A DNA stretch of 64,000 nucleotides from positions 1,120,001-1,184,000 of the forward strand of contig OY820591.1 in the NCBI GenBank assembly GCA_963555985.3, in the 5' to 3' direction. The position numbers and the translations under genes are program-made. This stretch comes from Dehalococcoidia bacterium (lineage in GTDB: Bacteria > Chloroflexota > Dehalococcoidia > Bin125). Positions 60,013-64,000 of this stretch are shown one piece after another (position 1 is the stretch's first letter; every line of letters begins with the position of its first letter). A model generated the notes under the pieces. It worked only from the letters and a program-made list of their open reading frames with translations. It was not told where the DNA came from and ran no database searches.

Positions 60013-61212
60013 CTACTCCTCCGAACCGCTCGTCTCCGGCGTCGGGCCGGTGAACAGCGGCAGCAAATCCGACACCCGCACGCGGTCGGCCACGGTTGGA
60101 TCGAGCAGTACCCGCGCCCCGTTGAGGAAGACCCGCGGATGCAGCTCGTTGTAGTCCAACAAGTACGCCAACATCATCGCCGAGACCGAGAGGTAGCCCT
60201 GGATCAGCGGGTGGTCCCAAACGAGGAACTGCACATTACCTGCCTCCACTTCGGCGGCCAGCGCTTCGCTGAAGCCGAAGCTGCCCAGGGGAATCTCCAG
60301 CTCCAGCGCCTGCAACTCGGACAGCACGGTCAACGCGGTGTCGGCGTTCAGGGTCAGGATCGCGCCGATCCCGCCTTCCGCGATCCGCGCCGCGATCGCC
60401 GCTTGCGCCGCTCCCAGATCGGGCGCGCCCTGCGGATCAATCGTCAGCCGCTCCACTTGGCCGCCGTCGTAGCCGTCCGCGAGGCCTTCGCAGCGCTCGT
60501 CGAGGCCGATGTTGTTGGCTTCATGCACGACGCAGAGCACCGTGCCCTCGACGTCGTGCGCGTCGAACTGATTGCCCGCGCGGAGACCGCCGGCATAGTC
60601 GTCCACGCCCACGTGAATCACCGAACCGACCCGAGCCGCCTCGCGGTTGCCGGAGTTGAAGGTCGCCACGATCATGCCGGCCTCAGCAGCTTCCGCCAGC
60701 ACCGGCGCCAAGTCGTCGGGGTACGGCAACGAGCTGGCGATCGCGACCGGGTTGTAGGCCAGACAGTTGCGTATGTCATTGATGTGTTCAGCGCTATCGC
60801 GTCCGGCGTAGATCCGCAGGTCAATTCCGCTCACGTATCCGGCGGCGTCGGCGACCGCCAGCAGCCACGCCCAGAAACGATCGTCCTCCGGATAAGCGTG
60901 CCCGTGGATGCACATCACCGTGCGCTCTGGCTCCGGCGCTGCGGCCTCGACAGCCACCGGCGAACTCCAATGCCATGTGCCCACCTCGGCCTCGGCGGAT
61001 AGGTACCGCGCCTCCGGCCGCTGGGTCTCCTGCCACGCGCCATCCGCTCCTCGCTGTTGGACTGCGACTTCCACCCGCCCATCCTCGACATGGCGCACGC
61101 CGACGCGCACATCGGTGGTCGCGGTCAAGGCGCTGATCACGCCCAGCGCCAGCGCGCCCAGCACCAGCCCGACGACCAGAGTGATCAGATGGGACTGCCC
61201 GACTCGCTGCAT
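60013..61212 (-). CDS. Exported periplasmic-binding-protein type I (sugar-binding-like) protein with extra N-terminal domain
   Basis: N-terminal TM, 'VATFNSG', 'HVGVDDYAGG', 'LCVVHEANNIGLDERC', 'DHPLIQGYL'. Confidence 0.8.
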   Translation of the reverse strand: MQRVGQSHLITLVVGLVLGALALGVISALTATTDVRVGVRHVEDGRVEVAVQQRGADGAWQETQRPEARYLSAEAEVGTWHWSSPVAVEAAAPEPERTVMCIHGHAYPEDDRFWAWLLAVADAAGYVSGIDLRIYAGRDSAEHINDIRNCLAYNPVAIASSLPYPDDLAPVLAEAAEAGMIVATFNSGNREAARVGSVIHVGVDDYAGGLRAGNQFDAHDVEGTVLCVVHEANNIGLDERCEGLADGYDGGQVERLTIDPQGAPDLGAAQAAIAARIAEGGIGAILTLNADTALTVLSELQALELEIPLGSFGFSEALAAEVEAGNVQFLVWDHPLIQGYLSVSAMMLAYLLDYNELHPRVFLNGARVLLDPTVADRVRVSDLLPLFTGPTPETSGSEE

Positions 61213-61292
61213 CGCGTTCCCCGCTCATACTCGTCTGGCTCTGTCTCACCAGAGCATAAGCGGGGAACGGCTCTGAACCCGATCGGCGCGGC

Positions 61293-62849
61293 TCAGCGCG
61301 GCGACACCAATCCCTGCAACAACGCCAGGGCGACCGCCTGATCCGCGATCCGCGGCACGATGTACAGGACCGAACTGCCCAGGTAGACATCAGCCGGCGC
61401 ATCGAGGATGTTGGCCAGGCTCATCGTGGCCGTCGTCAGGTAGCCCTGCACCAGCGGGTGATCCTCGACCACGAACAGCAGCGCGCCGCTCAACACCTGC
61501 GTCACGTTGACCAACTCAACCCCGAACGTCGCCCCGACCACGTCGGATCCCGTGCGGGAGATCGCGACGCCGAGCAGGATGCCCGTGTTCCCGTTCAACG
61601 TGATGATCCCGGCCGGCGCGTCCGGGCCGCTGACCAATCCGAAGAATGTCTGGGCCACGGCGTTCCGGTCGGCCAGATGATGAATCGGGAACCGCTCGAC
61701 CTCGCCGCCGTAGCCCTCGGCGAACCCATCGCAGCGCTGCTCCAGGCCGACGTTGTTCGCCTCATGCAGGACGCAGAGCACCTTGCCCTCTACGCCTTCC
61801 GCCTGGAAGCGCTCGCCGGCGAGCACGCCGCCGCGATAATCGTCCAACGCGATGTGCAACACAGATCCGACCCGCGCCGCGCTCTCGGCGCCGGAGTTGT
61901 ACGTGACGACCGGGATGCCCGCCGCTCGCGCCGCCGCGATCGGCTCGGCCACCTGCTCCGCATCCGCCAGCGTCGTCGCGATCACGCTCGCCCCGGCCTC
62001 GATGCACTCGCCGATCGCCGCCGCTTGCCCGTCGCTGCCGCCGTGAATGACCCGGGCATTGGTCCCCAGGTCGGCGCCCGCCGTCCCAGCGGTCGCTCCC
62101 AGGCGTCCCCAGAACGTGTCGGTCGTTGAGTCGCCGAACGCGCCGGGTGGACCGTGACCGACGATGCAGAACAGATCGTCCGCCGGAGTTCGATTGGGAC
62201 GGAACTCGCGAACGAACGCGTAGAACGCGGGCGACTCGCCCGGTGGCGGCGGTGCCTGCGCGGCCATGATCGCAGTCGACAGACTCGTGGCGATGCCGAA
62301 GTCCACCGCTTCCGACGCCGCCATTGCCGCGCTGTACTGCCCGATCAATTCCGCCGGGTTCAGCGACGAGATCGTGGTCACCTCGCCGTCGTGCAGCTCC
62401 CGAATGGTGTCGCAGATGCGGTGCAGATCGTCTCCATGCGTGTCCGAGACGAGGCACAAGACCGGTTGGCCCGGAGCAATGTGCCCCGACTCTACGAACT
62501 CCCTGGGATCAGCGGTGATGTCATAGCGCGCGCCCGTGTGCGCCGCGCCGACCGGCGCATCGACGGCAACCGGCGAACTGTTGCGCCAGACATTCGCTTC
62601 GGCGTCAGCCGCGAGGAATCGCGCCGCCGGCAGCAGCCGCTCGCCCCAGCCGTCGCCCTCGCGCTGCTGTACTCCGACCTCTACGCGCCCGTCGTCCAGC
62701 CGCTTGGCTAGAACCCGAACCTCCAGTTCATTTCCGCTGCTGTTGTCATCGTTGGATTGCACGACCCCCAGCACGAGCGCGCCGACGGCCATGCTCAGCA
62801 GCGATGTGAGCAACAACGCAGACGCGAACAGACGCTTGGAGATAGTCAT
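61293..62849 (-). CDS. Exported periplasmic-binding-protein type I protein (paralogue of 60013) with extra domains
   Basis: N-terminal TM, 'GIPVVTYNSG', 'LCVLHEANNVGLEQRC', 'DHPLVQGYL'. Confidence 0.8.
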   Translation of the reverse strand: MTISKRLFASALLLTSLLSMAVGALVLGVVQSNDDNSSGNELEVRVLAKRLDDGRVEVGVQQREGDGWGERLLPAARFLAADAEANVWRNSSPVAVDAPVGAAHTGARYDITADPREFVESGHIAPGQPVLCLVSDTHGDDLHRICDTIRELHDGEVTTISSLNPAELIGQYSAAMAASEAVDFGIATSLSTAIMAAQAPPPPGESPAFYAFVREFRPNRTPADDLFCIVGHGPPGAFGDSTTDTFWGRLGATAGTAGADLGTNARVIHGGSDGQAAAIGECIEAGASVIATTLADAEQVAEPIAAARAAGIPVVTYNSGAESAARVGSVLHIALDDYRGGVLAGERFQAEGVEGKVLCVLHEANNVGLEQRCDGFAEGYGGEVERFPIHHLADRNAVAQTFFGLVSGPDAPAGIITLNGNTGILLGVAISRTGSDVVGATFGVELVNVTQVLSGALLFVVEDHPLVQGYLTTATMSLANILDAPADVYLGSSVLYIVPRIADQAVALALLQGLVSPR

Positions 62850-63010
62850 GACGAACTCTCAATCTGCCTAGACAATGCGCCTTAGTCGAACGCGCGCAGG
62901 CTAGGACATGTTCAGACTGCGCGAAGTGTATCGGCGCTGTTTGGCGGGAGAATTTCGGAGGGATTGAGCGGATCTCCTGGCGAGCGCTGAGGATCGTGCG
63001 TTCGCGGGTC

Positions 63011-63110
63011 TGGATTTGTCCAGATTTGTCCAGATCCGTCTGGATTCATCTCGATTCGGGCGGATTTTTTCCAGGCGAATCCGGGCTTGTCCAGCACTGT
63101 TCAGGTTTGG
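63011..63110 (-). repeat. 10-bp-period degenerate repeat array
   Basis: TGGATTTGTC CAGATTTGTC CAGATCCGTC TGGATTCATC TCGATTCGGG CGGATTTTTT, with GAT in exact 10-bp phase. Confidence 0.75.
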
Positions 63111-63154
63111 CGCGAGTCGCGCATGGGACACAGCGGTCTCCCATTGGCTTCGTG

Positions 63155-63175
63155 CGTGTATATGTTCTGATTATA
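63155..63175 (-). promoter_or_regulatory. TATAAT -10 box with adjacent LexA-like half site
   Basis: Minus strand reads TATAATC-AGAAC-ATAT-ACACG, then GGGAG RBS and GTG at 63131. Confidence 0.45.
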
Positions 63176-63379
63176 CCCGGTTTCGCCTCGGTGGAGGAGG
63201 GCGGGGCGGGGACCGCCGAGGCTCAGCCTCGGGACCAGCGCGCGTGCGGGCCGGCCGCGCTCGTGGTTGTGTGAACAGGCCCGAGCCCGTGACGACGGCG
63301 CGCGTGAAAGTCGGGGCTACCCTGCAGTCAAGCGGATCAATTCGAGACCGCCGCCGCCAGCCCGATCGGAGCGTCTTCC

Positions 63380-64000
63380 ATGCCGTCCACCTCGTCGACG
63401 ATGTCAACCCTGCCCCAGATCGACGGAGAGCTGACCGCCGACGGTCTGGAAGCTCCCGTCCGCATTGTCCGCGACCGCTGGGGCGTGCCCCACGCCGAGG
63501 CGCAATCGGCCCGCGACGCCTTCTTCGCGCAGGGCTTCTGCCTCGGACAGGATCGCGGCTGGCAGCTTGAGTTGTACCGGCACATGGCGCACGGACGCGC
63601 TGCGTCGCTGCTGAACAAGGGGCTGCTGCGGATCGACAAGCTCAACCGCACGCTCGGCTTCGGCCGCGACGCCGCGCGCGAGTGGGAGGAGCAGTCGGAC
63701 GAGGCGCGCATGATCTTGCAGGCCTACGCCGACGGCGTGAACGCGGCCATTGCCGCCGGACCTGATCCGGTCGAATTCGGGCTGCTGGATCACACGATGC
63801 AACCGTGGTCGCCGGTCGACTCGCTCGCGATCCTCAAGATGGTGTCAGCCAACGTGCACTGGGGGATCAAGATCGGCAACGGCGAAGTCGCCTCGCGGCT
63901 TGGGCTCGAGGGATTGCAAGCACTGATCCCCGACGTGCCCGCCGACGCCGCGCTGATCGCGCCCGCCGGCGCATCGTGGACCAACGGCGCCCACGCCTTC
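63380..64000 (+). CDS. Penicillin acylase (Ntn-hydrolase) family protein, 5' part (runs off window end)
   Basis: Manual translation: GLEAPVRIVRDRWGVPH, DAFFAQGF...QDRGWQ, LQAYADGVNA, PWSPVDSL; not in the ORF track. Confidence 0.9.
   Translation, partial: MPSTSSTMSTLPQIDGELTADGLEAPVRIVRDRWGVPHAEAQSARDAFFAQGFCLGQDRGWQLELYRHMAHGRAASLLNKGLLRIDKLNRTLGFGRDAAREWEEQSDEARMILQAYADGVNAAIAAGPDPVEFGLLDHTMQPWSPVDSLAILKMVSANVHWGIKIGNGEVASRLGLEGLQALIPDVPADAALIAPAGASWTNGAHAF

Noticed and set aside
63181-63379. GC-rich intergenic stretch considered as a riboswitch or ncRNA
   Set aside because: Only short generic hairpins and no recognisable conserved RNA motif; an Infernal/Rfam search would be needed to support any call.

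Overview
A 64 kb, high-GC bacterial chromosomal segment. Gene style suggests Chloroflexota/Dehalococcoidia, possibly host- or sponge-associated; this is inferred from Tat-lipoprotein peptide-binding proteins with Q/A-rich linkers, CYP125-like and LLM paralogues, clan-AA protease paralogues and type E succinate dehydrogenase. The left ~19 kb is accessory. It holds three tandem 442-aa CYP125-like P450s interrupted by a Panacea (DUF4065)/RelE-like gene pair, a secreted double-trypsin protein, and a candidate defence locus (type IIG restriction-modification enzyme, a His-rich 154-aa protein and a DUF1828-like protein) bounded by a duplicated copy of the methylase 3' end. It also holds a ferredoxin, an LLM oxidoreductase, an FN3/Asp-box surface protein and two tandem aspartyl proteases. 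The rest is mostly housekeeping: tyrS, ribF, leuS, purE, def, CCA/HD enzyme, yajC-secD-secF, selB, hemW, aspS, opp-like ABC genes, tig-clpP-clpX-tlyA-nadK-recN-argA-nudF, sdhABE, a second peptide ABC system, orphan binding proteins and a partial penicillin acylase. Most notable: (1) a dispersed family of 10-bp-phased decamer arrays in four intergenic regions, three led by LexA-box-like sites and a short ORF; (2) LysM-like insertions in both SecD and an OppC permease; (3) the candidate defence locus with its duplicated methylase tail; (4) a shared unrecognised 'DGR(V/I)E...W..SSP' domain on several exported proteins. No rRNA, tRNA or CRISPR array was seen. All family assignments come from motif recognition by eye, not from database searches.
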